From positions 3,360,079 through 3,412,000 of the forward strand of contig NW_027361798.1 in assembly GCF_039654945.1 (NCBI RefSeq): DNA of 51,922 nt. The letters run 5' to 3'. Position numbers and translations under genes: made by a program. This stretch comes from Dendrobates tinctorius. Taxonomy: Eukaryota. Position 1 is the stretch's first letter. The number at the start of each line of letters is the position of its first letter. Below are positions 35,508 to 49,158 of the stretch, one piece after another. The notes under the pieces were generated by a model. That model was given only the letters and a program-made list of their open reading frames with translations, made no database searches and was not told where the DNA came from.

Positions 35508-38500
35508 ATGAAGAAGGCAGGGAGTAAGGCACGTGGTCGTGGAGTTTCAGCAGGGAGAGGACGGGGGGATTCGGTGTCTGCTGCGGCCACCAGTGACCCG
35601 GCATCCCCCAGTTTTAGCAGGCAACAGTCCTTTATGCGCAGCTTTTTAGGACCTCGCCATACCCCACTGCTGCGGGACGAACAAACTGAAGCAGTTGTCG
35701 GATGGATGGCAGCTAATGCATTGAATTCAATGACTTCCACGTCCTCTCAGGGCCAGAGCACCGAAGAGCAACTATCTGTCTCTTCACCACCTGCCAAATT
35801 GCCCAGGCAGTCAGAGAGCCCTGGACAGGAGCCATCTCAATCTTTACTTCTGTTCTCAGAATCTGTTGGCTTGGAAAGAGGTGGCCAGCCAAGCAGCATT
35901 CTAGAGCGTGAAGAAGAGGGAGTATGCAGTGATGCGCAACTGCTTTGTCCCTCTGAATCTGAAGAGGCGGGTGGGCCAGTGCCTATGGTCAGCACACCTC
36001 AGTACGCATCAGATGATGATAAGACTCAGGTGACACTTTCTGGTGCGTACGGTGCTGGCGAGACAACCCAGGACCAGCCGGTGCTTGAAGAGGGGAGTGG
36101 AGATGATGAGGTCCTTGACCCATCATGGCGTGAGGAACAGGAAGGTGGTGGGAGCAGCTCTGAGGAAGAGATTCCCTGAACGGCCAAGACAGGAGGGAGA
36201 GGGAGGGGGCAGACTTGGTTGCCTGTAGCCTCCACTTCGGCACCCGTTAGGAGCATTCCTCTTCCAAAACCCAAAACGGGCGCTCCCAAGACTTGCAGTG
36301 CGTGGTCCTTTTTTGACACAGTTGTAGATGACATTTGCTTTGTCAAATGCAAGCTGTGTCATCAGAAAGTCAAAAGAGGGAAAAGTGTCAGCAACCTCAA
36401 TACCACAAAAATGTGGAAACATGTGCGGACCAAGCACGAGCTGGAGTTACACAGACACACTGAAGACGTAGGCCAACCTACAGCACCACCTACCACCTCT
36501 TCAGCTCATGTTGGGGCCTCTTCCTCCAGCTCACACACAGCTGGTTCGGCTTCCTCACAGGATCGCCAAGGAAGAACCTCTGGCACTGTTGTCCGGACAC
36601 CCTGTGACATTCCACCCACAGCACCACGTTCCCTGTCATCCTCACTCCCAGGCCACTCTACAGCCATCGGTCGCACAGGCATGGGAGAAAAGGCGGCCAT
36701 ACTCCGCAAACCATCCCCGAGCACAGGCTCTGAATGCTGGCATTGCCAAACTACTGGCCCTTGAAATGCTCTCATTCAGGCTGGTGGAGACTGACACCTT
36801 CCGGAACTTCATGGCATTGGCAGTCCCACAATACACTGTGCCCAGCCGCTTTGATTTCAGCAGGCGAGCCGTCACTGCCCTGCAAAAACATGTGGAGGGA
36901 AAAATAAAACATGCTCTACTAAACGCCGTCAGTAGCAAGGTCCACCTGACCACCGATGCGTGGACCAGTAACCATGGACAGGGACGATACCTTTCCCTCA
37001 CTGCCCATTGGGTCAATGTTGTGGAGCCGGGTACAGATCTGGAGAGTGGCGCTGTACGTGTTCTGCCAACTCCACGGATTGCAGGAATCCAGTCTGTACA
37101 CATAGACTCCTCATCCTACTCAAGTTCCTCTGAAACAGCGCAGCAGGAGCCTGTTACGACCGATATGAGCACAGCCGTGGCCAAACATCAACAGGCCGTA
37201 CTGAAATTAATTTCTTTGGGGAATCGAAGCCACACAGCGCAGGAGCTCTGGAATGCCATCAAGCAGGAGAGCGATGTGTGGTTTGTGCCAGCGAATCTCC
37301 AGCCAGCAGGCTGGGTAGTGTGTGACAATGGCCGAAATCTGGTGGCAGCTCTGGGCCTAGGCAACCTCACTCACATCCCATGTCTGGCACATGTGCTCAG
37401 CTTGGTCGTGCAGAGTTTTCTGAGGGACTATCCGGATCTTGATGCACTGCTGCACAAGGTCCGCATAGAGTGCGCTCACTTGCGTCGTTCCAGCACGGCA
37501 AGATCGCGCCTTGCTGCTCTGCAGCGCCAATTACGCCTTCCGGAACATCACATCATATGTGACCTACCCACCAGGTGGAATTCAACGTTACATATGTTGG
37601 AGCGGTTGTGTGAGCAGCAGGCAGCAGTCATGGAGTACCAGCTGCATCAGGCGCAAACAAGTCGCACTGTGCGCCGGTCACACTTCACCACCACTGAGTG
37701 GACCTCTATGAAGGACATCTGCTTCGTTTTGCGTGCCTTCGATGATTCCACGCGGATGGCGAGTGCAGACGATGCACTAGTCAGCATGACTGTCCCCCTT
37801 ATCTGCATGCTTCAAAAAACACTGCAAGCACAAAGGGAGGAGGTTCTGGAAGAGGTGGAGGATGAGGAGTCCCAAATGCCATCTGCTTCTGGACAGTCTG
37901 CGCTACGTGGTTCCTCACAAAGGCCTAGGCAGGGGACACTTTGTGAGGAGGATGAGGAGGAGTCGATGGAGGAGGAAGACATCTCTCCACAGGAGGGAGG
38001 TACACAAAGCTCTAATCAGTATGTACAGCGAGGGTGGGGTGATGCAGAGCAGGCAGAGATGACGACTCAAGCAGGGGACAGCGGTTCTTGGGCAGTTGGG
38101 AGTCTGCAGCACATGGTTGACTTCATGCTGCAGTACCTGAGAAACGACCGCCGCATCGCCCATATTCTCAACACAGCTGATTATTGGGTGTACACCCTCC
38201 TAGATCCTCGCTACTGGGACAACTTACAAAGCCTCACCGTTGAACTGGGAGCGTAAAATGTACCAAGACACACTGGTGCAGTCCATCATGTTCTCCATTC
38301 CAACCGACAGCACTGCTGCTAGTGCTTTACAAAGCAGCTCTGTGCATCGAGGCAGTGGAGGAAGCTCTGCACAGAGGGAGCAGAGGCAGCGCCTCAGCAT
38401 AAGGCAAGACCACTATGGCCCAAATGAGTCAAAGTTTTGAGTGCCCGCCACAAATGTCTACACCATCACAGATGGCTCCAGTCAGTAGGAGGCAACGTTT

Positions 38501-38798
38501 CCGTCAGATGGTGACAGACTACTTGTCTTGCCCTCTCAGTGTACTCCCAGACGGCTCTTCCCCTGTCAATTTTTGGATCTCTAAGCTGGATACATGGCCA
38601 GAGCTTAGCCAGTATGCATTGGAGGTGCTGGCTTGCCCTGCTGCCAGTGTATTATCGAAACGCGTCTTTAGTGCAGCAGGTGGTGTACTAACAGACCGTC
38701 GCACGCGACTATCCTTCGATAACGTTGACCGGCTTACTTTTCTGAAAATGAACAAGGCCTGGATCTCACCGGAATTTGCCAGTCCTCTTCCAGAATAA
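35508..38798 (+). pseudogene. hAT transposase pseudogene (BED, DDE and dimerization domains)
   Basis: SAWSFF..CKLC..H..H, LTTDAW, VCDNG, CLAH, TRWNST and CPAASVLSKRVFS motifs; in-frame TGA at 36177, frameshifts, catalytic E replaced by K. Confidence 0.93.
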
Positions 38799-38859
38799 AT
38801 AATTAGTTGGCAACAGTATCCAGGTCTCCTGTTGTGTTCATGTTTCTACCACCTGAACT

Positions 38860-39779
38860 GTAATCCCTGGGCTCCATCACCGCCAGTTGTTGCTCAGAAG
38901 TGCCGTCTGCACAGAGAAAAACACTCGCTCCTGTGTTAGTGGGGTTCAGCAACGCCAGCTGTCCCCTGCTTTGTGTCCAGCAATATCTCCTGCTCCCTCC
39001 GCATTCAAACTACATCAGATTTTACACTTGCTCCAAGTAGGCCTCAGCCTACTCCATGATTGACCCTGGGCTCCAACACTGCCAGTTGTTGCTCAGAAGT
39101 GCCGTCTGCACAGAGAAAAACACATGCTCCAGTGTTAGTGGGGTTCAATAACGCCAGCTGCTCCCCTGCTGTGTGTCCGGCAATATCTCCTGCTCCCTCC
39201 ACATTCAAACTACATCAGATTTTACACTTGCTCCAAGTAGGCCTCAGCCTACTCCATGATTGACCCTAGGCTCCAACACTGCCAGTTGCTGCTCAGAAGT
39301 GCCATCTGCACAGAGAAAAACACATGCTCCAGTGTTAGTGGGGTTCAGTAACGCCAGCTGCTCCCCTGCTGTGTGTCCGGCAATATCTCCTGCTCCCTCC
39401 ACATTCAAACTACATCAGATTTTACACTTGCTCCAAGTAGGCCTCAGCCTACTCCATGATTGACCCTGGGCTCCAACACTGCCATCTGCACAGAGAAAAA
39501 CACTAGTTCCTTTGTTAGTGGGGTTCAGTAACGCCAGCTGCTCCACCGGTGTGTCCGGCAAAGTCTCCTGCTGCCTCCACATTCAAACTACATCAGATAA
39601 AAAACTTGCTCCAAGTAGGCTTCAGTTTAAACCCTGATTGAACCTGTGCTCCAACACCGCCAGTTGTTGCTCAGAAGTGCCATCTGCACAGAGAAAAACA
39701 CTAGCTCCTGTGTTAGTGGGGTTCAGTAACGCCAGCTGCTCCCTTGCTGTGTGTGTGTGTCCGGCAATATCTCCTGCTC
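38860..39779. repeat. 200-bp tandem repeat, about 4.5 copies, in the hAT-C 3' region
   Basis: Near-identical ORFs offset by 200 (39060 and 39260). Confidence 0.92.
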
Positions 39780-40595
39780 TGTTGTGAGCTCGTTTTCTCG
39801 TTCACCTTTGATGTCCGATGAACTCCCTCTGCTGGTGAAAGGAGGTGGTGAAACTGATTTGGATGGGAGAAACCTGTCACCTGAGCAGGTGGATTGCGAT
39901 TGGACATCCGGAATCTATGAGTGGATATAAGGCAGCCGACACCCTGTAGGGTTGCTGGTGATTTCTCTGCTCTGAGCTCGGGCCTCCAGTTCAGTTCCTG
40001 TCTTCTAAAGCTAAGTTTTGCTCTGTTATTGTTCCATGAGATTTTGTCTGATTTGCTTAGTTTTGTGTTCTGGCAGCCCCGGCTGGGGCTCTGCTGAATT
40101 TCCATTTTTGTCCCTGATCGGTTAAATCTCTTTTGCTCTGTCTTCAGAATATATCGGAGTGCTGATTTAGGGATTTTGAAGTCTAGTGACTTCAGGGCCG
40201 TTTTTCCTATCAGACGTGTTGGGGCATTTTTGGTAGGGTTTTTGCAGATTGCAGCCAGCATCTTTTCTCTCCTTTCCTATCTAGTTAGTTGGGCCCCATC
40301 GTTTGCTCTGTCTGTGTTTGTGTTTTCATCTGTTTTCACCGACAATACATGTTGGGGGCTGTCTATTGCTTTTGGGGTCTGCTCTGGGGCAGTTTAAATT
40401 TCCCCTTTCTTTCTTTAGGCTTATTTAGCTCTCCGGCTGTGACGAGGTGTCTAGGATCACCGTAGGAACCCCCACACGGCTACTGTTGTGTGAATAGGAT
40501 CAGGGGTCTGCAATCCGTTAGCTACCAACCTCTCCGATTTTCTGGACTTGACTTCCATTTTTGTTTTTTCCTCCTCCGGTGACTCATTCATAACA
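39780..40595 (+). mobile_element. 5' LTR of a Ty3/Gypsy retrotransposon
   Basis: TGTTGTGA...TCATAACA ends; interrupts the 200-bp repeat; followed by gag. Confidence 0.85.
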
Positions 40596-41353
40596 GAATC
40601 ACCAGCCATACCGCAGATTCTAGGCTACTCAATAGCAGGAAGGAATTGTAAAAAAAAAAAAAAAGTGTCAGAATCTTTTTTTCTTTTGTATATTTTTTCC
40701 TCTTTTTCTCTTGGGCCGTAGGAGGAATTTTTTCTTGATGGAGATTAAGCAATTGTCTGATTGTATGGAGCAGTTCGCTCCTGAAGTGCGGGGAATTTCC
40801 TCCAATCTAGCTCATTCACACGCTGCTGAACCAAAGATCCCTACTCCTGATGTGTTTTTTGGGGATCGGTCTAAATTTTTGAATTTTAAGAATAATTGTA
40901 AATTATTTCTTGCCTTGAAGCCTAACTCATCGGGGAGCTCTGCACAGCAGGTTAAAATTGTCATCTCTTTGCTGCTTGGCGATCCCCAGGATTGGGCGTT
41001 TTCTTTGACACCTGATGATTCTATTCTAACTAATGTGGACGCATTTTTTCAAGCCTTGGGGTTGTTGTATGATGAACCTAATGCTATTGATCAAGCTGAA
41101 AAAGCCCTGTTGGCATTGAGCCAGGGTCAGGATTCTGCAGAGTTGTACTGTCAAAAATTCCGAAAGTGGGCAGTCCTTACTACCTGGAATGATAGTGCAT
41201 TGGCAGCTCTCTTTCAGAAGGGTTTGTCAGAAACCGTAAAAGATACTATGGTGGGATTTCCTGTTCCCTCTGGTCTTGACGATTCTATGTCATTAGCCAT
41301 TCAGGTGGATCGGCGTTTATGTGAACGTAAAATTACACGAGAAATGTTGCCAC

Positions 41354-43636
41354 TAGTGTTGAGCATTCCGATACCGCAAGTATCGGGTATCGGCCGATAC
41401 TTGCTGTATCGGAATTCCGATACCGACTTCCGATATTTTTTCAATATCGGAATTCGGCATCGGAATCGGAAGTTCAAAGTTGATTGACAGACTGACGTCA
41501 TCATGATGCGCGGTGTGTGCGCATCATGATGCGCCGTCATTTCGGGCCTTCTGGGGGTCTCTGCCGGCCTGCCGGGGGGCTGTGCCGGCCTGCCGGGGGG
41601 CTGTGTGGACTGCCCGGGGTCTCTGCCGGCCTGCCGGGGGGCTGTGCCGGCCTGCCGGTGGTCTGTGCACCCTGTGGGGGTCTGTACCGGCCTGCCGGGG
41701 GGCTGTGCCGGCCTGCCGGGGGGCTGTGCTGATGTCCGGGGGTCTGTGCAAGCATCGTCCGATGGGACTACAAGTCCCATCGGGCGATGCCTGCTACCAT
41801 GACAGTGATTGACACATTAGCCAATGATGGGACAGTAGTAGTCCCATCATCCGGCTAATGTGTTAAATGTTAAAAAAAAAAAAAATACTACATACATACT
41901 ACATGCATGCTACATACATACTACATGCTACATACATACTACATATATACTACATACATGCTACATACATACTACATGCTACATACATACTACATGCATA
42001 CTACATACATACTACATGCATACTACATACATACTACATGCATGCTACATACATACTACATATGTGTGGGAATTTCCCACACAGCAATGGCATAAAGTGA
42101 GACTAGGGACTTTTTTTTTTTTTAAGTGGCGGAGGAATACAGTGCGGAAGGATACCTACCTTCCGTCATTGGATTCCTGCAGCCCGTAGAGAACGGCAGC
42201 ATCATCTGATGCTGCCGTTCTCTACCCAAGATCGTCGTGGGACACACTCGTGGACTGCTTCGGATCGTGGGTGAGTATTTTTGTGGTTTGTTATGTTAAT
42301 ATTTATTCCGGAAAGACAATGGCTTCGGGGAACAATGTGACAAGTATTGGTAAGTATGTTACTCTATGTTATATGTACTGTATGTCTATGTATGTATTGT
42401 ATGAATGTATTGTATGTATGTAGTATATATGTGGTATGTATGTAGCATGTAGTATGTATGTAGCATGTAGTATGTAGCATGCATGTAGTATATATGTAGT
42501 ATGTATGTAGCATGTAGTATGTATGTAGTATGTATGTAGTATGTATGTAGTATGTATGTAGTATGCATGTAGTATATATGTAGTATGTATGTAGCATGTA
42601 GTATGTATGTAGCATGCATGTAGTATGTATATGGTATGTATGTAGCATGTAGTATGTATGTAGCATGCAGTATGTATGTAGTATATATGTAGTATGTATG
42701 TAGCATGCAGTATGTATGTAGTATATATGTAGTATGTATGTAGCATGTAGTATGTATGTAGTATGTATGTAGCATGCATGTAGCATGCAGTATGTATGTA
42801 GCATGCATGTAGTATATATGTAGTATGTATGTAGCATGTAGTATGTAGCATGCATGTAGTATATATGTAGTATGTAGCATGTAGTATGTATGTAGCATGC
42901 ATGTAGTATATATGTGTTATGTATGTAGCATGTAGTATGTATGTAGCATGCATGTAGTATATATGTGGTATGTATGTAGCATGCAGTATGTATGTAGCAT
43001 GCATGTAGTATATATGTAGTATGTATGTTGCATGTAGTATGAATGTAGCATGTATGTAGTATGCATGTTGTATGTATGTAGCATGTAATTTTTTTTTTTT
43101 TTTTTTTACATTTAACACATTAGCCGGATGATGGGACTACTACTGTCCCATCATTGGCTAATGTGTCAATCACTGTCATGGTAGCAGGCATCGCCCGATG
43201 GGACTTGTAGTCCCATCGGACGATGCCTGCACAGACCCCCGGAGCCTGCACAGCCCCCCGGCAGGCCGGCACAGCCCCCCGGCAGGCCGGCACAGCCCCC
43301 CGGAGCCTGCACAGCCCCCCGGCAGGCCGGCACAGCCCCCCGGCAGGCCGGCACAGCCCCCCGGAGCCTGCACAGACCACCGGCAGGCCGGCACAGACCA
43401 CCGGAGCCTGCACAGACCCCCTGGCAGGCCGGCACAGCCCCCCGAAAGGCCCGTACAGACCCCAGAGAGGCTGTACAAGGGCAGGAAAGGGTTTTTCTTA
43501 TTCCGATACCGGAAGTCCCATAGACTTGAATGGGACTTCCGGTATCGGAATCGGCGATACCGATACTTTTTTTAAAGATCGGCCGATACCATCCGATACG
43601 ATACTTTGAAGTATCGGACGGTATCGCTCAACTCTA
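41354..43636. mobile_element. Non-autonomous hAT element, 2283 bp, with long internal inverted arms, inserted in gag
   Basis: TIRs TAGTGTTGAGC / GCTCAACTCTA; exact 8-bp TSD GTTGCCAC (41346-41353, 43637-43644). Confidence 0.95.
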
Positions 43637-43805
43637 GTTGCCACCTGTTGAACAAATGTCTGAACCTATGCAATGTGATAGAGTTTTGCCTGGGGCGCAG
43701 CGTCAGGAGTTCAGAAGGCGTAATAAGCTGTGTTTTTTCTGTGGAGACGCCTCTCATAATATTTCTGTCTGCCCTAAACGAGAGAAACACTTTGCACACA
43801 CATTT

Positions 43806-44696
43806 TGTTATGGTCGGCGGAACGCAACAGATATAAAATAATAAGAGGTGCGTTCGCCGCCCGGGGTCCACCGTGCGGTAGTTGATAAGACCGCTGCTGG
43901 GCAATGGCAGATGCACCAGAAGGTGAAGTAGTGCGCACGGGTTAATGTCACCCGAACGCTAGGAGCGGCTCTGTTCAGACACAGAGTCGCTTGCCAGAAA
44001 TAAATACAAAGGTGCTGGCCCTGTTATCGTCACAGGAGTCAGCGTGTGGCGTCGCAGCCGCGAACACCAATAGCTGCTGTTAATGCAGCGCAGCGGCAAC
44101 TATAGCCGCAAGCGTCGGCGCCGAGGACCGGGCACCGACGGACGCTAGTGTAGGCGAAGGAGCATTGTGGCGTAGCTTGCCTCTACCTGGTGCTGACCTA
44201 AGAACACTCTCTGTCACCAATCGTATTATCCGAGGGAAGGGGTTTCATAATGAGTCAGCCAACAGTCCATGCATCCGTCACCATTCACACACATAGCAAG
44301 ATAAGTCTACACTAGCGCATCGCCGAGCCGCCCTGCAGGCTTTTTATAGCGATGCGCTTCCGGAACCTTCCATTAGCTTGGGAAGGACCAATCAGATCCG
44401 ACGCAGGACCTGAGCATGTGACCCCTGCTCTCCAGTGAGAGGTCAAGTTGTGGGCATGCCCAGTAGCACGGCATGAGGACTTAGCCTCAGGAGCGGTTCC
44501 CTGCAAATCAGGTTGCGCTGCCATTGCTGCACCAGAGGTGGCAGCAACATCCAGGCTGCCAGAGCGAGTCTGAGCAGCAGGCCTGGCTCACAATGTTTGC
44601 TGAGCAATACCCGGAGCGGTTGAGGAAGAATGGGAGACCGCAGGATGTCTGGCTCTGGATTCCTGCTGTGCAGTGCCAGGAATCCGACGATTAACA
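43806..44696 (-). mobile_element. Gypsy-type solo LTR, 891 bp, between gag and protease
   Basis: TGTTA...TAACA ends; TSD CATTT (43801-43805, 44697-44701); motifs shared with 20986-21819. Confidence 0.92.
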
Positions 44697-46059
44697 CATT
44701 TGCTGTGGGTGGTGTACAACTTAAATTTCTTCTGGCAATTACTCTGATCTGCTCCCTGTCCACATTTTCCGCTAAGGCTTTTGTGGATTCAGGAGCGGCT
44801 CTGAACCTGATGGACTTGGATTTTGCTAAACGTTGTGGGTTTCCTATGACACCTCTGCGGACGCCTATCCCTTTGAGGGGGATTGATGCTACTCCTTTGG
44901 CGAAGAATAAACCTCAGTTTTGGACCCAGGTGGTAATGCGGGTCGCCCCAGACCATCAAGAAAATTGCAGATTTTTGGTGTTGCATAATTTGCATGATAC
45001 CATTGTTCTGGGATTTCCCTGGTTGCAAATCCGTAATCCAGTTTTGGATTGGAAATCTGTGTCTGTGGTGAGTTGGGGTTGTCGGTGTGCTCTTGGTGAC
45101 GCTCCTGTTTTCTCCACCTCTCCCCAGTTGCATGATGTTCCTGACTATTTGGCTGATTATTATGATGTATTTAGTGAGAATGAGTCTGCGTCTTTGCCTC
45201 CTCATGGGAGTTATGACTGTGCAATTTAGCTGAGCCCTGGGTGTAAATTTCCCAAGGGTCGACTTTTCATTTTATCCGTACCCGAGCACGAGGCTATGCG
45301 ATCTTATATTAAGGAGTCGTTGGGGAAGGGTCATATTAGACCATCCTCTTCACCCTTGGGTGCTGGATTATTTTCGTGGCCAAGAAAGATGGTTCATTAA
45401 GGCCTTGTATTGATTATCGTGCCCTCAACAAAATTACTATTAAATATCAGTATCCGTTACCCCTGATTTCTGATCTATTCTCCAAAGTTAAAGGTGCTTG
45501 CTGGTTTACCAAGCTTGACCTCAGGGGGGCGTATAATCTTATTCGCATTAAGCAGGGGGATGAATGGAAGACGGCGTTTAATACTCCGGAGGGACATTTT
45601 GAGTACCTGGTGATGCCTTTTGGGCTCACTAATGCCCCTTCTGTCTTCCAGTGCTTCATGAACGATATATTCCGAGACTTTGTGGATAAATTTTTGATCA
45701 TCTATCTGGATGATATTTTGATCTTTTCCAGGGATTGGGATTCTCATGTGGAACATGTTCAGACTATGTTCCAGATTTTGAGGGAGAATTCCCTGTATGT
45801 TAAGGGATCGAAATGCCTTTTTGGTGTACAGAGGATTTCATTTTTGGGATTTATTTTGTCTCTGTCAACTATTGAAATGGACCCAGCCAAGGTACAGGCC
45901 ATTTATGATTGGGTTCAGCCCACTTCTTTGAAGGCCCTCCAGAAGTTTTTGGGTTTTGCTAATTTTTATCTTAAATTCATAGCTAATTTTTCTGGTATTG
46001 CCAAACCATTGACTGATTTGACTAAGAAGGGTGCTGAATTGGTCTCCAGAGGCTGTTTC

Positions 46060-46953
46060 TGTTAGGCGTCGGATTTCCGGCGCTGCATAGCGGGAATCCC
46101 GAGCCTTGCCTCCGAGGATCTCCCATTCCTCCCCAGCCGCAGAGGAGCTTGCTCAGCAAACTCCTCGGTCCCGGCGCCCTGTCCAGACCAGCTCCGTGGG
46201 TTTGCTTGCTGCTGCCACCCCTGGTTCAGCTTTGGTAATGCATGCTGCTCAGCAGCAAGATCCTCCAGGGACTAAGTCCTCATGTCGGGCCACTGAGCAT
46301 GCCTGTGGAGTGATCTCCCATTGGAGATCAAAGGTCATGTGCTCAGGTCCTGCTCGTGTTCGGATTGTCCCATCCGAGAAGCAAGGAGGATCACGGACGC
46401 CTGCGGCTATAAAAGGTTCGCATGGCCGCTCGGCCATGCGCTAAGATAGACTCAAATAGTTTGGTGTGTATGATGATGGATGCATGCATGGTGTCTGACT
46501 CATTACGAAACCCCTACCATTTGATATGTCTGTTGTTAGGGTTTAGAGTCTGAGTCAGCGCCTGCTAGTGGCTAGCCTGTAGGCCACAGTGCATACCGGC
46601 CGTCTGCACACTTGCACACGCCATTTATTTGATCCCTGTTGGTATCGCAGTCGCGGTGCCGGGCGCTAGCGGTCTAGAGGGACTTCAGTCCTGCTGTCTA
46701 AGGGCTGAGTCCTGTGACGTTACGCTAGCGCTTACTCTGCCGAGCTCTGTGAGCGAAAACAGGCTACGGCATCTATTATTTGCGGTGGTGCGGCTCTAAG
46801 TCATAAGAGTTCGCCTCGGTACACCTTGGGTGAGGTTAACCCCGTGTGTGCCGTTATTGCACCAGCAGTTAACACCTCTGCACGGTGGACCTTGGGCTGC
46901 GAACGCACCTAAACATCATCTTATTATTTGGTGTGTTCCGCCAGCCCTTAACA
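46060..46953 (+). mobile_element. Gypsy-type solo LTR, 894 bp, between RT and RNase H
   Basis: TGTTA...TAACA ends; TSD GTTTC (46055-46059, 46954-46958); TATAAAA near 46408. Confidence 0.92.
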
Positions 46954-48439
46954 GTTTCTTCCTTTCAGGAGCTGAAGCGAAGGTTCACTTCTGCTCCGGT
47001 TTTACGGCAACCTGATGTCTCACTCCCGTTTCAGGTAGAGGTGGACGCTTCTGAGATTGGTGCAGGAGCTGTGTTGTCCCAAAAAGATCCGGTAACATCT
47101 AAAATGTGCTTTCTTTTCCCGAAAGTTCTCCCCATCTGAACGCAACTATGATGTGCGGAATCGGGAACGGTTAGCCATGAAATGGGCATTTGAGGAGTGG
47201 AGACATTGGTTGGAGGGAGCTAAACATCAAGTCGTGGTCCTCACTGACCACAAGAATTTGATTTACCTTGAGTCGGCCAAACGCTTGAATCCTAGACAGG
47301 CTAGGTGGGCCTTGTTTTTCACACGTTTTGATTTTGTGGTCTCTTTTCTTCCGGGCACTAAGAATGTCAAGGCAGACGCCCTCTCTAGGAGTTTCTTTGC
47401 TGATTCTCCTATTGTGACCAAGCCTGTTACCATCTTAGGTGAGGGGGTAGTTCTTTCTGCCATCTCGCCCGATTTGAGACGTGCTCTGGAAGAGTTTCAG
47501 GAGGACAAACCTGAGGGTTGTCCCATTGGAAAATTGTATGTTTCTGACCAGTGCAGGAAGAGAGTGATGTCTGAAGTTCAATGCTCCGCATTGGCTGGTC
47601 ATCCAGGTATTTTTGGTCCACCTTATCTCGTGATGTCAGGAATTTTGTGCAGTCCTGTGGGACTTGCTCTCGGTCTAAACCTTGTTCTCGCTCTAGTGGG
47701 TTGTTGATGCCTTTGCCGATGCCCAGGAGGCCATGGACCCATATTTCAATGGATTTTATCTCGGATATGCCTGTCTGTCAGAGAATGACTGTTATTTGGG
47801 TGATTTGTGATAGATTCTCTAAGATGGTCCATCTTGTACCACTCCCTAAGTTGCCATCTTCCTCAGAGTTGGTGCCCTTTTTTTTGCAACAGGTGGTTCG
47901 CTTGCATGGGATTCCCGAGAACATTGTATCTGACAGGAGTTCAGTTTGTCTCTAGATTTTGGAGGACTTTTTGTTCCAAGCTGGGAATTCAGTTGTCCTT
48001 CTCCTCTGCGTTTCACCTTCAGACCAATGGGTAGACAGAGAGAACAAACCAGACTTTGGAGTCGTATTTGAGATGTTTTATTTCTGCTGATCAGGATGAT
48101 TGGGTCTCATTTTTGCCCTTGGCCGAATTTGCTTTAAATAATAGAGCTAGTTCTGCCACTTTGATGTCACCTTTTTTTTTGTAACTTTGGGTTTCATCCT
48201 CGATTCTCTTCAGGGCAGGTGGAGCCTTCTGCCTGCCCAGGTGATGACACTGTGGTGGAGAGAATGCACCAGATCTGGGACCAAGTGGTGGATAAGTTGT
48301 CTCTCTCCCAGGAAAAGGCCCAGCGGTTTTCCAACCGGCATAGGACCATTAGTCCCCGGTTTAAGGTGGGTGATATGGTTTGGTTGTCATCAAAGAATAT
48401 CTCTATGAAGGTGGCTTCTCCAGTTTAAACCTAGATAAC

Positions 48440-48497
48440 CCGATATGAGCACAGCCGTGGCCAAACGTCAACAGGCCGTACTCAAACTAATTTCTTT
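48440..48497 (+). mobile_element. Short hAT transposase fragment at a deletion junction
   Basis: Homologous but not identical to 37160-37217. Confidence 0.8.
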
Positions 48498-48517
48498 ATA
48501 ATAATTTGTAATAATTT

Positions 48518-48640
48518 ACTAATAGAGGATTATACCCACTGTGACGAACAATAATAGAGGATTATACCCATTGTGCCAAGCACTAATAGCAGAGGATTTT
48601 TACCCACTGTGCCAGGCACTAAGAGGATTATATTAACTGT
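48518..48640 (+). repeat. About four degenerate units of the 32-bp satellite
   Basis: CTAATAGAGGATTATACCCACTGTG repeats. Confidence 0.88.
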
Positions 48641-49158
48641 GCGTCGCGGTCATTGGCGGTCTGTGAGAAGCGCGATCTTCCTGTCGGATTCACCACAGAT
48701 CCATCAGGACGTGTCGCCCTTCCTGGGACTGTCAGGACAGAGCTCGTCAGTAGCCGCAGTGTTTTATGGTGAAGCGGCTTACCACTGATGCGGGGGACAG
48801 CTCGGCGCCTCCTCCTCTCCCGGGAGAAAGTTTCCCGTCACCTCCTGTATTCGCTGCACACTCTGCGGCCCATACAGACACTGCGACAAGAGCCGCTGCG
48901 GTATCATCAGGAGCAGACTGCAGTCTCTGGTGCCCGCAGCACAAGAGCCAAGATCGTGGGTACAGAGCTCTCTATACCGCCCCCGGCGCAGACACCAGTG
49001 GGGACCACCGGCCGAGATCAGCTCTGATGAGAAGATGTGGGGGATCTTAGAAGAGCCTGGATCCTACAGAATGATCTCTATATACCGCCCGGTGCAGACC
49101 CCAGTGTGACCCATCCTCCGAGATCAGCGGCGTCAGCTCTGGTGGTGAAAGGGTGGGT

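Larger units (their letters stand above)
34233..39779 (+). mobile_element. hAT copy C; left end present, right end missing after the Gypsy insertion
   Basis: Starts TAATGTTGAGCATTCCGATACC (matches 41354); contains transposase remnants and 200-bp tandem repeats. Confidence 0.9.
40596..48435 (+). pseudogene. Degenerate Ty3/Gypsy gag-pol carrying three nested insertions; 3' end and 3' LTR missing
   Basis: Gag capsid-like 40738-41353; CFFCGDASHNISVC knuckle; protease AFVDSGA; [14 protein letters not shown]; RNase H VEVDAS; integrase ISMDFI/IVSDR; multiple stops and frameshifts. Confidence 0.95.

Noticed and set aside
37152-37160. TGTTACGAC identical to the start of the solo LTR at 20986
   Set aside because: Only 9 bp, in frame within the transposase and without a TSD; likely chance.
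41860-43118. His/Tyr/Thr-rich ORFs
   Set aside because: Translations of the (TACA/TAC)n microsatellite in the hAT derivative.
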